From Hydrolagus colliei (lineage: Eukaryota), in contig CM068757.1 in NCBI GenBank assembly GCA_035084275.1, forward strand, positions 3,658,001 through 3,722,000: a stretch of 64,000 bases of DNA, written 5' to 3'. How positions within the stretch are numbered: position 1 is the stretch's first letter; each line of letters starts with the position of its first letter. Positions 1-12,822 of this stretch are shown piece after piece. The notes below the pieces were generated by a model that saw nothing but the letters and a program-made list of their open reading frames with translations, did no database searches and had not been told where the DNA came from. The position numbers and the translations under genes are program-made.

Positions 1-384
1 CCCTGTTACAATGGATTTTTTTTTCCAATTACCACACAAGGGCATATGAAAGTGGCAAATGAGAAAGTGTCATTTGAATCAAAAGCCTTCCCTTTTCTGC
101 ATAATATTCGCAATCTACTAATCAACTATAGAGTTCCAGTTGGGAAGAGTTTCAGGGCGAACCTGAAAGGAAACTACTGGATTACCGGGTGTACATTCTT
201 GGATTAACAGTTCCACCATTCGAGCCCCTGAGGAACAACATGGCAACTTGCCCTGGCCAGAAACTTGTCTTTTAGCACTTGCATCTACATTCCTTTTCAA
301 TTCTCTCCCCAAAAAAAGAGTTTGCGCCTTCAGACAATAGTTTAAGCAACAATCGTATCGAAATATTCTTACTCTGGCAGGCAG

Positions 385-416
385 AAAGTGAGAGAGAGGG
401 AGAGAGAGAGAGAGAT
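385..416. repeat. (GA)n microsatellite, imperfect
   Basis: gagagagagggagagagagagagagatga. Confidence 0.85.
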
Positions 417-519
417 GAAGGCATGTCCAGGAAGGATAGAATTTCATAGTACCACAATGCAGAAATGTCCCAAGCATCCCTTGTGAGGTTGAATCTATCT
501 CAAGAGGACAGAAATTGTT

Positions 520-580
520 AAATGCTTTGAGATGTCCTCCCTATGTGAAAGGTGCTGAATAAACGTAAATTGTATTGTAC
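520..580 (+). mobile_element. L2-type LINE/SINE 3' tail fragment
   Basis: gctttgagatgtcctccctatgtgaaaggtgctgaataaacgtaaattgtattgt resembles the tails at 26885-26950 and 62622-62685. Confidence 0.65.
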
Positions 581-639
581 TGTATCTTCCATGAAAGTCA
601 AAGTCCTCTAACACAATGGACCATTTGCCTTGGCTCTGG

Positions 640-678
640 ATAATAATAATAATGATAGTAATAATAATAATAAATAAT
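640..678. repeat. (ATA)n microsatellite
   Basis: ataataataataatgatagtaataataataataaataat. Confidence 0.85.
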
Positions 679-1227
679 GACTCTCGCAGATGGGCGTCAG
701 GAAAGCTTTCCACTGCATTCTCTGCATTCCAGCAACATCTGCAGAAAATCAAGAGTATGTTCTATTTTTAAGTTTTCATCATTTTATTAACTATCCTCTG
801 ATACACAACTAGCTCCTCTCTCACCTTTTCCCCTTAAAAGTGAGAATAAATGACACACCGTGGTTCGTGCAGAGGCTTTATTTGTCTCTCAGCAATTTCA
901 AGTTTTTTTATGGCTGCTTTTGAAGCGTTTGCCTCACACTCATGGATTGTGGTACTATAGTTAAGCAGATGATTAAAAAAAAAATGGACATGCACCAACG
1001 TAATGGTAGTGAGCAGTTCATCAGAACTCATTGAAGTGAAAGTGTAACGCTTTTATTAAGGCCTTCACTAAGTGGCTTACGTTTGGCATTTCAAGAATGA
1101 CACCGTGTTTGCATATTATGATGCTCAGACCTCTAATCCTTGCAGATATGTATGGTTGCTGCTGTGACAAGACAAGAGGGTAGCAAAATGTATGTCACTC
1201 ACAAGATCACCGAAGAACGCATCCACC

Positions 1228-1447
1228 ATTGTGACAGATTCAACTTTGGAACTCCCTCCCTCAATCCCTTCACCTCACCCCCTCCTCTCCCATCTTCAGG
1301 TCGCATGTAAAGACCTTCTCTTCAACCACGCTTACGGGCACTTCCCCCCTCCCCTTGGCTCTGTCTCGGGCTCTGCCATTGGGAAGCGCTCCGAGATGCC
1401 CACCCGGCGAGGAGGGAGGACGCTATATAAATACAAGTTGTTGTTAA
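1228..1447 (+). mobile_element. L2-clade LINE 3' end fragment
   Basis: Encodes LWNSLPQSL, typical of the L2 ORF2 C-terminus, followed by a C-rich UTR and the tail cgctatataaatacaagttgttgtt. Confidence 0.75.
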
Positions 1448-3159
1448 TATTTATTCTGTTTTATGTAGGTTGTTCTAAGGACATTTCGCATCGAAAATGA
1501 CTGCTGTAAGTTACTAACGGTTTTCCACGAATAGGAATTCATTTTGAAGGGGAAGAAATACATTTAAATGCATTTCGCTGCTCCTCCTCATCACTGTCTA
1601 TAGCTACTGTCATGTAAATCGGACTGCAACAGTTATACTAGTTTGTGTGTTTCTTTTCATGCCATTTCTATTTCACTATCCCTTTAACAGGCTCCCAACT
1701 GCAGTTTGCCATTAGCTGCATCGTAACTAAAACTAGTCTCAATTTCAAGTCAGAAAAAATTATGACTCACTGAGTGAAACGAACATTTTAAGGCAGCATC
1801 ACTTTACATTTTAAGGCAAATTCGCTGTATATGCATGTGCAAAAGGCAACCTAACTAAATGTATCTACTCACCCACATATATATAGATAATGTATATATT
1901 CAATAATTTCATGGCCAATCTTTGACCCGGGAAACTTTTCAAAAGCAAAACAGCTTTGAACTTCAACTGAAGCATTGGAACACACAAGGGGGGTATATAA
2001 TACGTGGCTTGCAAACTTCTGACATCTAGTGAGGCATTTGGAACCCAAAAAAATTCAACAGACTCGGAAATAAGGTTGAGCGTATTAAAGCGTATAGATC
2101 TCATCCAGCGAAAGTCTATTACCACAGCCCCTGTGAATCATGATGGCTCATCTCATGCATTAAGGAGCATGAGAAATTCATCACCACTGGTTCAATAATC
2201 TATAGGTGCATCGTGATTGAGTGCAAGGTCGTGTGTGACACTTTACCAGCTGTATGAAAATTAAAGTTCCTCCAAAGTCGTGACAGAGGTGACAATGGCA
2301 GATCCACGTCACCAGCTGACTTGGAGCCGGCACGTTTTAGACCTTATCCAGATGGCTAAACCGACAGAATTGCAGCAGGTTTTTTTTCTTTCCTTTGGTG
2401 GGAGCCATTTGTTCGACTGTTCCAGGAAGTCAGTCTGCCTAAATATTAACAGCTAAAGGTTGACAAGGTCTCTTCGATAAACGTTCTGGAGAATGTTTCA
2501 CGGTCAGAATCCATTAAACGAACATCCGTCCAAGCGAATTGAAATGTTCGGTTTCACTGGGCTGAATTATGGCACCACGTCGCAACAGCGATGGAAAAAT
2601 CGGTGCCGATAGAAGGCTGGAATCGACACTCACACGTCTTGTTAGTCATAACCTATTGTGCTAACAGCTTAAACCATTCAGGCCTATAATTCACAAAACA
2701 GTAAAGTTGCCAGTACATTCAAAGAGTAGCTTTATTCTTGGAGCACTTAAATAGGTGGTTTTGTTTCAAACTTCCCTTTTCTCTTTCAAGCTCCCCTTCC
2801 TTTTTTTCCATTGCCTCGCTTTTCTTTTCTTATACTAGCGGTACTTTTACGTTTATTTCCGACGAGTAAAATACTTTCTATTTATTTTTAAAGATTTTAA
2901 GCAGCGTAGAGTTAACTGCTTTAGTGAGGGGAGTGTATTCCACCTCCCCATTTCCCATTGGCGATTGGTGGTGGGGGTAAAGTGGGGGTGAGACAAAAAA
3001 TCTTCTAATCTCATCACTTTGACTTGCTTGTTCATTCTATGTCAATGGCCCTCAGGTCTCCATTGGCAATCCACGTTTCATCTTCCTGAAAATACCTGTG
3101 GATTCTCATCTCCTGCAGGAGATTGAGGGGGGGTGTTGAATCATTACCGACTTAAAGTC

Positions 3160-3410
3160 ACAAGATCGCAAGACAGGTACAAATGAAGGAGGCCCTTTGG
3201 CCATTTGATTTCATCCCTCCAGAATATTCAATCCACTGCCTCCTCTTTGTAGCATTGAGTTATTCCTTACATGAATCTAGAATCCTGGCTTCAACCTCCT
3301 TCTGAGTAACCCACTGCAGTAAATTAATTACCATCTGCGTAAACATATACAGCGCTCCCTGATGTCAGTCCTGAAATTGCCCTTCACCATCTGTCAGCCG
3401 TTGAACTGGA
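3160..3410 (-). mobile_element. CR1 LINE 3' end fragment, old
   Basis: gaaggaggccctttggcc...tgatgtcagtcctgaaattgccc is the reverse complement of a CR1-type ORF2 end and 3' UTR. Confidence 0.6.
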
Positions 3411-3459
3411 AGGTCTAAATGGGCTTTACTCATTCCAAATTTCACAACTTTTAAGACAG

Positions 3460-3740
3460 TAATCCTAAAATTAGGAGCTCGGACAGTTAAAAGTGAGATC
3501 AGAAAAAAAAATCTCTTCAAAGAGAGGCTCATGCAAATGTGAAACGGAACTTCCCGGCAGGCTGTAGAGGTGGAATCACATCGGGAATTTTAAAAGTAAG
3601 CTCAGAAAACACACGGGAAGCATCAAGGAGTAAGAGGCAAAGGCTGGGAAATGACATTAAAAGATACGCTGTGTTCTGATAAAGTGATGGGACAATCTCA
3701 ACAGGCTGAATGGACTCTTTCTGTTTCCATGATCCTGATT
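3460..3740 (+). mobile_element. CR1 LINE 3' end fragment, old
   Basis: gagatcagaaaa...tcttcaaagagagg...ggctgtagaggtggaatc...caggctgaatggactctttctgtt follows the CR1 ORF2 end and 3' UTR pattern. Confidence 0.7.
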
Positions 3741-3919
3741 GACTGTATTGTAAATCAATTTCAGTATCATTGGTTACGTACAGTTAACAATGGTTGTGAA
3801 CCAAACACTCAAGAGAACATGCCTTTTCCACAGCAAAAGAATGGAGGAGTGGAAATCCCAAATCACTTAAATATATTTCATATTTTTCTCACTCATTTGT
3901 TAAGTCGAGGCGTAATTTA

Positions 3920-4213
3920 TGATAATAAAACTTGCGTTTGGTATAGCGCATTATCGAGTCATCAAAACATCTCAAAGCTGTAAATCTTTTTACTGTGAAA
4001 TGTCGTGACTGCGTATTTGAAGGGATATACAAACAGCCAATTTGCACAACACAACGTCCCACGAACAGTCGTGAATTGAAACCACCAATTTATTACTTTT
4101 TTGAGGGATTAATATCAGGCATGTTAAATAAGGAACTTGCCCAAGCTTTCCCCCTGCCTTGAATTGTACCCAGGTCTCTCGTTTGTAAGGTGAATACTCT
4201 AACTACAGGACTC
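3920..4213 (-). mobile_element. tRNA-derived SINE, short form, diverged
   Basis: Reverse complement gives the head gagtcctgtagt..., the core gggcaagttcctta, a Deu-like tgtgcaaattggctg segment and the L2-like tail. Confidence 0.85.
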
Positions 4214-4227
4214 CACTATTTGGGGGA

Positions 4228-4330
4228 TTGTTACACCAGGAGGAAATCTTTTCAAATAGTCAAAATAGCTCTTAATGAACCTTAGTTTGTCATCTCATCT
4301 GAAGGACAACACCTCCAACAATGCAGCAAA
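4228..4330 (-). mobile_element. SacSINE1/DeuSINE-like central fragment
   Basis: catctcatctgaaggacaacacctccaacaatgcagca is the reverse complement of the segment at 35988-36022. Confidence 0.6.
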
Positions 4331-4989
4331 AATCCAGTATCAGCCGAGGCTGCAATCCCAAAGTTAATTCATTCCTCCATTTCCTTTTCCTCCATTCAGC
4401 TTTTCTTTTTGCTTCCTTTTCCCCAATGTCTTTTGCATTACACTTTGGAACCTCCGTTTTTCGAGCAAACTCATCTTTCTCACATCTCGTTTGTGTGAGG
4501 ATTTGAACCTGCCTGAGCAATACAGAGCAGAAGGTAATGATAAATTGAAAAGATGCCAGGGCGAATGATCAATGGAGTTTCACAAAGGGGTTTGTTTGTT
4601 CTGCTTCCCTGTGGCTCATTCAAGCCATGACGATCCCACTACTGTACCATGTGGCAAGGTGAGAAGTACAAGGGGATTGACTTCTAAAGGGATCTGGACC
4701 AATTGCACCAGGAATTGTAGATAGGTTTTAATTCAACTCAAACGTAAGCAGATACACACTGGAAAATGAGATATGAACATGTGTTGTTCACCACAGGTCC
4801 AAAAGGTGATGGAATTAGATTGAATTACTCACGATCCTATCCCCAATCCCAGGCAATGCAAAACTGTTAACAAGGCCAAATACAAGAGCGTTATATGGGA
4901 GGGGAGAAACAAAATAGGTTGCATCGTTAGATCGAGTGGTAATGGCACAGAAACAAGTCATTTGGTTCATGTTGGAGTTTGTACTCCAT

Positions 4990-5140
4990 GCAAAACCCTC
5001 GCCCACCCTATTCACCTCACCTGTAGCTCTCTATTCCTTTTTTGCTCATGCACGCATCAAGTTTTCTCTTAAATAATTGACGCTTTTTGCTTCAACTGCA
5101 GCTTCTAGCAGCGAGTTTCACATTCTGACCACCCTCTACA
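4990..5140 (-). mobile_element. CR1 LINE fragment
   Basis: gcttcaactgcagcttctagcagcgagtttcacattctgaccaccctct, reverse complemented, resembles the RVVRxWNSLP-coding segment of CR1 ORF2. Confidence 0.6.
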
Positions 5141-5975
5141 TTATTCCACCCTTGTACGGATTAATGATGAGGCACCAATAAAAACTACAATTTACATTTC
5201 TGCATTCACATCTATCAAAATGCTTTACATAGCTGACTGCCATGATGTTTGGGATATAGTGGGTTTGCTCAAACTTCAAAAATACTAATACAGGGGGGAA
5301 AGTTCTCTGAGATAAACAACGAGCACTCAACGTAACATTTCAGACTCTTAACTCCGTGAGTCTGAAAGGGAAGGTGTCACACACCACACCATTGTGGGTG
5401 GACAAATGCCTTAAACATCGTCATTAAGATAGATTCTTTACCCACCACTCCCCCAACATCCAAGAATAAATCAATAATCGATGTTTCTGACAGCACATTT
5501 GCTCAGATTCTCAGAATCCCAACTGTGATGGTATGTTTTTCCAGTCTCGCTTTCAGCAAAGTCAGTTTCAGCAGCGGGAAAGAAAGATTTTATGAGGAAA
5601 GGTAAAAGTTGAGCTGGAATAGGAGGAATAGTGTAAAGACAATTAAAAAAGCAAAGAAACAAGGGAGAGAGAAGACACGGAAAAAGCGACCACAGGATGG
5701 TCACAGATAAAGTTTTTTTTTAACATTTTCATTTAAAATTACACTTCAATGTTTATTTTACAAAAGCCTCAAAACTGAACTCAGCGCTATTTGAGATTTT
5801 CCCCTCACTTACGTTTATAGCCATTCGATTTTGACACCAGCCTACAAGGCAACAACAACATCAAAATTACATTTGTATAGTGCTTTTCACATCTCACCCA
5901 AATAGCAAAGTGTGCACTATTTTAAAGCTACTTACTATAGTAATTTTGTCAAATAATGCAATTTTAAAATGTATG

Positions 5976-6257
5976 AATAATAATGACCCTTGCGCTTGAT
6001 ATAGCTCTCTTCATGTCTTCCAGACATCTCAAAGAACATCACAGAATATAGTGTAAAGTGAATTGATTGTTTATTTGTGGGTGAAACACGGCAGTCAATT
6101 ACACACAGCAGTCATGGATTGAAGTGACAATTTTTTTTGAGGTATTATTATCAGGCATGTGGAGTAAAGAAACTTGCCCAAGGTTTAGCCATGCCTGGAA
6201 TTGAGCCCAGGTCTCTCTCTTACAAGGCGAGTGCTCTAACCACTGAACTACAGGACT
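5976..6257 (-). mobile_element. tRNA-derived SINE, short form, with head
   Basis: Minus-strand head gtcctgtagttcagtggttagagcactcgccttgtaag, shared core and (TTA)n tail. Confidence 0.9.
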
Positions 6258-6604
6258 TCGTACATAGGGAGTACAAATGGAGATGAGAAGGAGAAAGGGT
6301 AACTGACTTTGTGTCCGGTGTTAATGACAGTGGATATTCATCGAAATTGGTCTCCGGTACAGGTCTGCTACAAAGTCTGGTTCATTGGTGCGCACTCACC
6401 GAAATATTCTTCACTGGTAAATGCTGGGAGAGCAAGGATTGTTAAGATATTCAGATGGATATAACACACATGTGCAACCATCTAATAAGGGCCCCAACTG
6501 GATAACAAGTAGGGCTGGCCAATTTATTTGTTCACTCTCCTGCCAGAAAACACTGAGGTTAATTATAGCACCTATGATTTCTCTCCTGATTCAGATCCCA
6601 TAAG

Positions 6605-6661
6605 GCACACACACACTCACACACACACACACACACACACACGTGTATATATATATATATA
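6605..6661. repeat. Compound (CA)n(TA)n microsatellite
   Basis: cacacacacactcacacaca...gtgtatatatatatatat. Confidence 0.9.
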
Positions 6662-7924
6662 ACTCTGATCTGAATGGTTCAGCAACAAAGCAATGGAGCT
6701 TCAGAAACTAATTCTTAGTGAATGCTAACAGGTCTTGTGAGAAGAAAGATAGTTTTAAGCATTTATTAAAGTAGTCCTTGAACCATTACTCACTCTACTC
6801 ATTAAAAACGGTTAAAAACATGTGAAATATTCCCAAGTTTTAAAAAAAAAAATAATGAATCTTTCCCATGGCACGCATTCAAAATACCTTTGGCATCTAA
6901 AAATTGATAGCACAGAACTGCTAACCTTACCACGTTTGCTTTTCTTGCTGCTTTGAACATTCCATATCGGAAGAGCTGGAATGAGTAATTTATTGTGTGT
7001 TAACACAAGGTTATTCTTTGGGAGTGGAAATATAAAATCTCCCACGGTCTTTTAATGATTGTACCAATCTGGTAGTGGAGGTGGAGGGTACAAAAAGGTT
7101 TGCTTTTGGAAGCTGGATGTTACACGTTCCTTTCATTTCTTATTTAAGCAGTAAATTGCAGGCGTCACTGCCTTTATTGATGCAATTTGGGAGGAAGCTC
7201 TTTTATTGTCATGTTCTTGTCAAATAACGTAATTTAAAAATGATTGCAAAGTCCGCCTCATTAACTGCTGCCCTTGTCTGCTTTTCCATTCAAACCTATT
7301 CAACATGTGAATGTTTAGAGCAAAATAAAAGGAAAATAAAAGATGATGATTTGATATCACTGCAAGTCAAACTTTTGGATGCGGATGGATGCTGGCAATT
7401 AGCTATGCTCATTAGTTCATAATGAGATCAGCTATAACTCAATGAATATCTACTGGACTACCCAACACTAGTGTGGAACTAAGCAGACTTACTTTGTATA
7501 TTTATACTGCTCCTTAAAATCATGTCATTGATTCTGAATCTCATTGTTTTAATCAGATTTATATCTGCACTTTTCACTTCAAATCAACGTTTACTGCTGA
7601 TCAACCATGGCATCAGTTCTGTCACAAGACAATCTTGGTTGTGTGTCCGTTACTGAGTATGAAATTGAACAAACTTTTCCGTTGGGTTTCTTCCAAATTC
7701 CAAAATGTTGTCAAAGATGAACTGAAGCCATTGTCTGGCTGCACAATATATTTGTACACAAACCACATCACAACCTGACAAGTGGCAGAAATTTACTTAG
7801 GGAACAGGTTCTCGGGGGATTGCTTTGTTGCTTCCTGGTGAAAGAACAAAACAAATGAATGAATGAAATGAACCAAATTTGCTTTCTGCTGCTGCTTGAA
7901 AACAAACACCAATTTTCGCGTATT

Positions 7925-8159
7925 GATAATAATCCGTGCATTTGATATAACGCTTTTCACATCTTCTGGACAGCTCAAAGCGCTTCACACAATATACTGG
8001 AAAGTGATTTGACTGCATATTTGTGGAAGGAACACGGCAGTCAATTGCGCACAGCAGTTTCCCACAAATAGTAGTGGTTTGGTTGACCAAATTATTACTG
8101 TGCTTTTTGAGGGATTATGATTAGGCATGTAGAATAAGGAAACTCTTGCCCAAGGTTTT
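7925..8159 (-). mobile_element. SINE, 5'-truncated (no tRNA head)
   Basis: Tail and Deu-like body extend to aaccttgggcaag; the head is absent. Confidence 0.88.
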
Positions 8160-9267
8160 AATATTAAACACAAACAACACCAGTGGAGTGTGCTGGACAC
8201 ACTTACAAAGTATTCCTCAATTTGAGTGAGAGATGAATTATATTATTTTTATTATGCCAGTCAGGCAGAAATCACAATACCTCACCGTCCCCCAGTGTAG
8301 GAGGAGAATACTGGCAATAGACGGGTTTATGACACACACATTGGTGTAAAAGCACTGGCTGTAACATGTTAGCTTAACTGATCATCTCAATGTTAAGAAT
8401 GAAAACAAAATAACACGGAACATCCTGGTTTACAACTGAATTAGATTTTCAAACAGATTAAATGGATATACTCGTTTGCAGTCAGGAATCCAGAGCTTGT
8501 TCAATAGATGTACCAGAAACTCGTCTGTAATTACTTTTATCTACCACAGTCAGTCGACAGCAGTTCACGGTGAGCAAATGTACAACCCTTCAATCTTGAT
8601 TCACAAAACTATTTTTCTTTAGGACAGCCTGTGGATAAGAACTGTCTTTCAGCAATCACTGTGGTCTAGTATATATGTTGCTTCTGGTATGTAGTAAAAG
8701 CAGGAAAACTTCATACTAGAGTACGATAAAGAACTTTAAACAAATTATTGAAGATAAAATCACAACACTGATTTCAGAAGTAGAAATTAAATTATTCCTG
8801 CAACATGAAGACACTGCTAACTTTTAACTCTTTGTTGGAAATCCTGTTTATTCAATGTGTCTATGGAATCAAATTTCTACATATACTACATAATCGCCTC
8901 TCTCCAAATTTCAGTAGAGCACAATGATGAGATTTCCTTTCGCTGGTAAGAGGTATCACAACAAGATTGAAAAATAAGCTGCCATTTCGCTGGTGTAAAT
9001 TGAATTTTATTTGTATTTAAATAAGAAGAATAAGTTGCGAATGTAAATGTTTATCATAGATTGGATAGAGGGAAGCCATCAGTGCCCCTGAAAATTGCAA
9101 AAACAACATCTTGTGCCTGTGCAGCCTAGCTGTACTGTTGGTCTCTCTCATTCCACTTACCCCAGAATTCATAACAAGCTTGACTCAGTCCAGCCAGACC
9201 TCAGGGTTACCTACCATCATTGATTCCTCGTGTGGGTTATTCTCAGGCTCTCACAATGATCTGATCA

Positions 9268-9327
9268 GATGGGACATCCTCTCGACATGAAAGGCGCTAT
9301 ATAAGTGTAAGTTTTGATTGATTGATT
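9268..9327 (+). mobile_element. L2-type 3' tail fragment
   Basis: gggacatcctctcgacatgaaaggcgctatataagtgtaag followed by (TTGA)n. Confidence 0.75.
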
Positions 9328-9574
9328 TGTCTTGTGTGGTATTACATCATTGTCCCTCCAACCTGAGCAACTCTAAGGTTTAACTACATCAAGTATAAGA
9401 GTCAGAGGGGTCTAGTGGAAAGTGGATAGTGCTGGTTTTGACAGAACATTTTGGCACATTTCCAAATGTATCTACAAGATTCTCTAGAATTCTGGCTTAC
9501 TTTGGTATTGTATTGATTGCTTATCTCTCTGTTTTTGGTTCTCTTTGGCATTTTCTTGCAATTCCTCTCACCGC

Positions 9575-9791
9575 TGCAATTTGATCAATCTACCTCCAAA
9601 AGGCTGTAGATGCTCAGTCCTTGAACATATTCAAGACTGAGATTGATAGATTTCTTATGGATAAAGGAATTAAGGGATATGGGGATAAGGCAGGCAGATG
9701 GAGTTAGATTAGGAGATTAGCCATGATCTTATTGAATGGTGAGGCAAGCTCTAGGGGCTGAATGGCCTACTCCTGCTCCTTATTCTTATGT
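9575..9791 (+). mobile_element. CR1 LINE 3' end (shark HER1/HE1-like tail)
   Basis: aaggctgtagatgctcagtc...ttcaagactgagattgatagattt...ggggctgaatggcctactcctgctccttattcttatgt. Confidence 0.88.
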
Positions 9792-11583
9792 ACGTGTCAA
9801 TTCGCCCCATTTTTGTGACTCAATTATTATCAATTCCTTGCTTTGCAAGTGGCTCACGTTAGTCACGGCAACCAGACTGATAAACAATGGCTCATTCCAT
9901 CTCCACCTGTTAGCAATCTCCCATCAGGGAGAGGAACAGACTGGTGAACAATGGCTCATATCATCTATCGCATCACCTACAGTAGAACATTGTTCGGCAA
10001 TTGTGCGTCTCGAACTCCCCACACCTGCTGAGGGAGACTGATGACATAAACAGGCCATTGCCTCCACGCAAAGATTCATACACATCACATAACGGACCCC
10101 AGCTGTTAAGCACACATTCATTTCATCTGCTGCTTTATGTTGGATGCGTAAGGACTACTGACATTCAGTCATAGACTGGGCGGCATCAATAGAGCAACAA
10201 TAAAATAGAAAGTAATTCGGGTAAGCAGCAACACTCACAGGTTTTGGGGGGATCCTTCTGTCACAGAAAGTGTCCCCATGTAGTATTTTAAAGCAGGGAT
10301 AAGGTAACATTCAGATACGGCAGATGATGACATTAAGCAATGGTTTCAAGTGCTCTCTACCCCAGAAAAGTTACTCAACACTCACTACCTCGGAACTAAA
10401 ACATCTGCTACAACCATTCAAAGCAGCTGTACTTTTCAGTGATAATTATAATTGAGCCAGCTACATTTGCTGCAGTTATTTGATGATTTCTAGCTTGGCA
10501 TCAACTTGCAGAAACTAAAGTGATAGTAAACTGAACCTCATCCAATCAATGGAGCGATTCGCAGAGCCCCAGAGTGCACAGCACCAGTCTATTATGATTA
10601 TTCCTTGCAAGTAGGAGATTTTGATTGTTTGCACGACCAAAAGGAGAAAGAAGAGTGCTCTGCATTAGAAGTATTTCCCTATAGAGGATCCTTCATGTTC
10701 AAAATAAACATCAGTGTGAAGGGAAAGATCAAACACTTTTTTGAATGAAGCCACCAATTTCCATTGACGTGCGAGGTAAATTCTACAGCTGCTCAAGCAA
10801 AGCAATGGACTAGCATTCTGATTTTCGCTCCCAATGGAAGTGTGGCTCAGAGCAAGTGGACCGGGGCAGTTTATAAAGAGGAACGTAACACTACTTGGGT
10901 TTGTTGGGAGCAGACCCCGCTGGACGAAAGGTGTTCGGAAATATATTTACTCGTTCAGATTACACAAGTCCACTTTTTTTCAAATCTGCTGTTAATGTGA
11001 ATTGATCGATAACCTATTCGTTGGAAAATCTGGAAGAGAAGATTTGACGATCCTGCAAAAAAAAACCAGAAGCAACACAACATTCTGTCACCATGCATTG
11101 TGTTGTAATACATCAACGCATAGTGCAAAGCCCAGTGACGTACATTGACGATAAAGATGTGAGGAATGAGCTGCCATAAGTCAAATGTTGCCGTTGTTGT
11201 CGTCGTCATCAAACATCCGGCGTTATTGCTCTCATTTCACTTTAGCCAATGGTTATCTAAGATTGCCTTTATTGTTGATGCTCATTTTAACCAATGCTGA
11301 CATGAAGCCACAGATCACTCGGCTGCTTTTCCCTCTTACTCTTTCCCTCCGATGTCTCTCAGTGGATTTAGGAAGTGACATTGAACCAGAATTATTATTT
11401 TTTAAAATTACTTTTATTGTTGAAAAGAAGCATCTTCTCCCTACTTTTGACGTTCCTCCATCTCACACACCAATTCATTGTCAGGGGACCTGACATCCGA
11501 AGTATGGCACAGCTTTCAAGACGTGCATACATACACATGCACAAACTGCGTATTGAAATGTCTCAACGATGTGACCGACAATA

Positions 11584-11650
11584 CAACAACAACAACAAAA
11601 TAACACTTCTATAGCGCCTTTCATGTCAGGAGGACGTCCCAAGATGCTGG
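11584..11650 (-). mobile_element. L2-type 3' tail fragment
   Basis: (CAA)n...atagcgcctttcatgtcaggaggacgtcccaag. Confidence 0.8.
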
Positions 11651-12449
11651 GACAGCATTAAGTATGGAATTCAGCACATGTGCGAATGTGCATCCATGTG
11701 TGCCGAGCTCTCCTCTGAACTCAGACAATATGGTTAATAGAGGGAATTTTAAATGTGGTTCGGCTCTGAAACACTCAACTGCTAGAAGGAATATAGCTTC
11801 ACTTCCAGCAGGATAAACAAGGCATTAGGTTCAACATAATTCATCTGGATGGTGTTTGCATTATCACCCCTTTCAAGTTTGACCCAAAGATTAATTAATT
11901 CTGTGCATTGAAATGCATGTGAAGCTGATACAATTCAATAAAAATGATCGCATAATCGTGAATTGTTTACCAAACAAAGCAAAATTTTCAAATGTAGTAA
12001 CTCGGTTGAAAGAAAACGTTAAAAGCTTTTGGAATCTTAAAGCAACTTTGGTATGTACTCTAGGAAAAAAAAATTAAAGATTTATTTTGGTGAATCACAG
12101 ATGATGTAGGTTTCATTCCTAAATTGAACTTTTACATTCTATGAAATTTTATTCAAGATTCTTAAGCATTAAGCAACATGCATTAATTGTATGTAATACA
12201 TAATTGACCAATGCACAGTGCGTAGATTAAAAATAACATTACGTGCAATACACGTTAATATATGTTTGTAGATGTAGCAGTTAGGTCCATTGCAGTTTGG
12301 TATGAAGTTTTGAAAGTGCAGTTTACACGGATGAAGTACTGGTAGAATATTTTACTTCTATACCTTAAGTTGTATATACCCTGTAATCTTGTTGATATTG
12401 ATCATCAAAAGTTCTCATATCATTTTATGGTAACTTTTAAAACCATGTA

Positions 12450-12822
12450 GAGTCCTTTAGCTCAGTGGTTAGAGCACTTGTCTCGCTAGCAAGAGACCTG
12501 GGTTTGATTCCTTGCAGAGCAAAATGTTGGGCAAGTTTCCTTACTCAACATGCCTCTGTTTACCTATGCAGGAACCCAGCTTTTAGTCAATTGGCAGATC
12601 GCTTTTCCAGGGGATAATAATCCTTCAAAAAAAACAATAATAATTTGGCCACTCAATCCACGACTGCTTGTGGGACACTACTGTGTGCAATTGACTGCCG
12701 TGTTTCACCCACAAATACACAGGCAATTCACTTTAAAGTATATTCTGTGAAGTGCTTTGAGATGTCTTGAAGTCATGAAAAGCACTATATCAAATGCAAG
12801 GATGATTATTCTTATCATTATT
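12450..12822 (+). mobile_element. tRNA-derived SINE, long form (with Meta-like segment), SINE2-1_CM-like
   Basis: A box TAGCTCAGTGG and B-box-like GGTTTGATTCC, an extra segment ctgtttacc...ggaacccag...gatcgcttttccagg, the Deu 3' part tgtgggacactactgtgtgcaattgactgccg and the tail atcaaatgcaaggatgattatt. Confidence 0.92.

Noticed and set aside
5338-5367. 10-bp perfect hairpin TTTCAGACTC/GAGTCTGAAA
   Set aside because: Isolated, with no target duplication, ribozyme core or second copy. It cannot be separated from chance without conservation data.
12450-12525. tRNA-like sequences (also ~6190-6257, 14260-14330, 17187-17255, 18159-18230, 37490-37558, 43715-43782, 47545-47618)
   Set aside because: They have A/B boxes but variable anticodon loops (TAC, CAC, TGC) and no proper acceptor stem, and each continues into the same SINE body. 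They are SINE heads, not tRNA genes.
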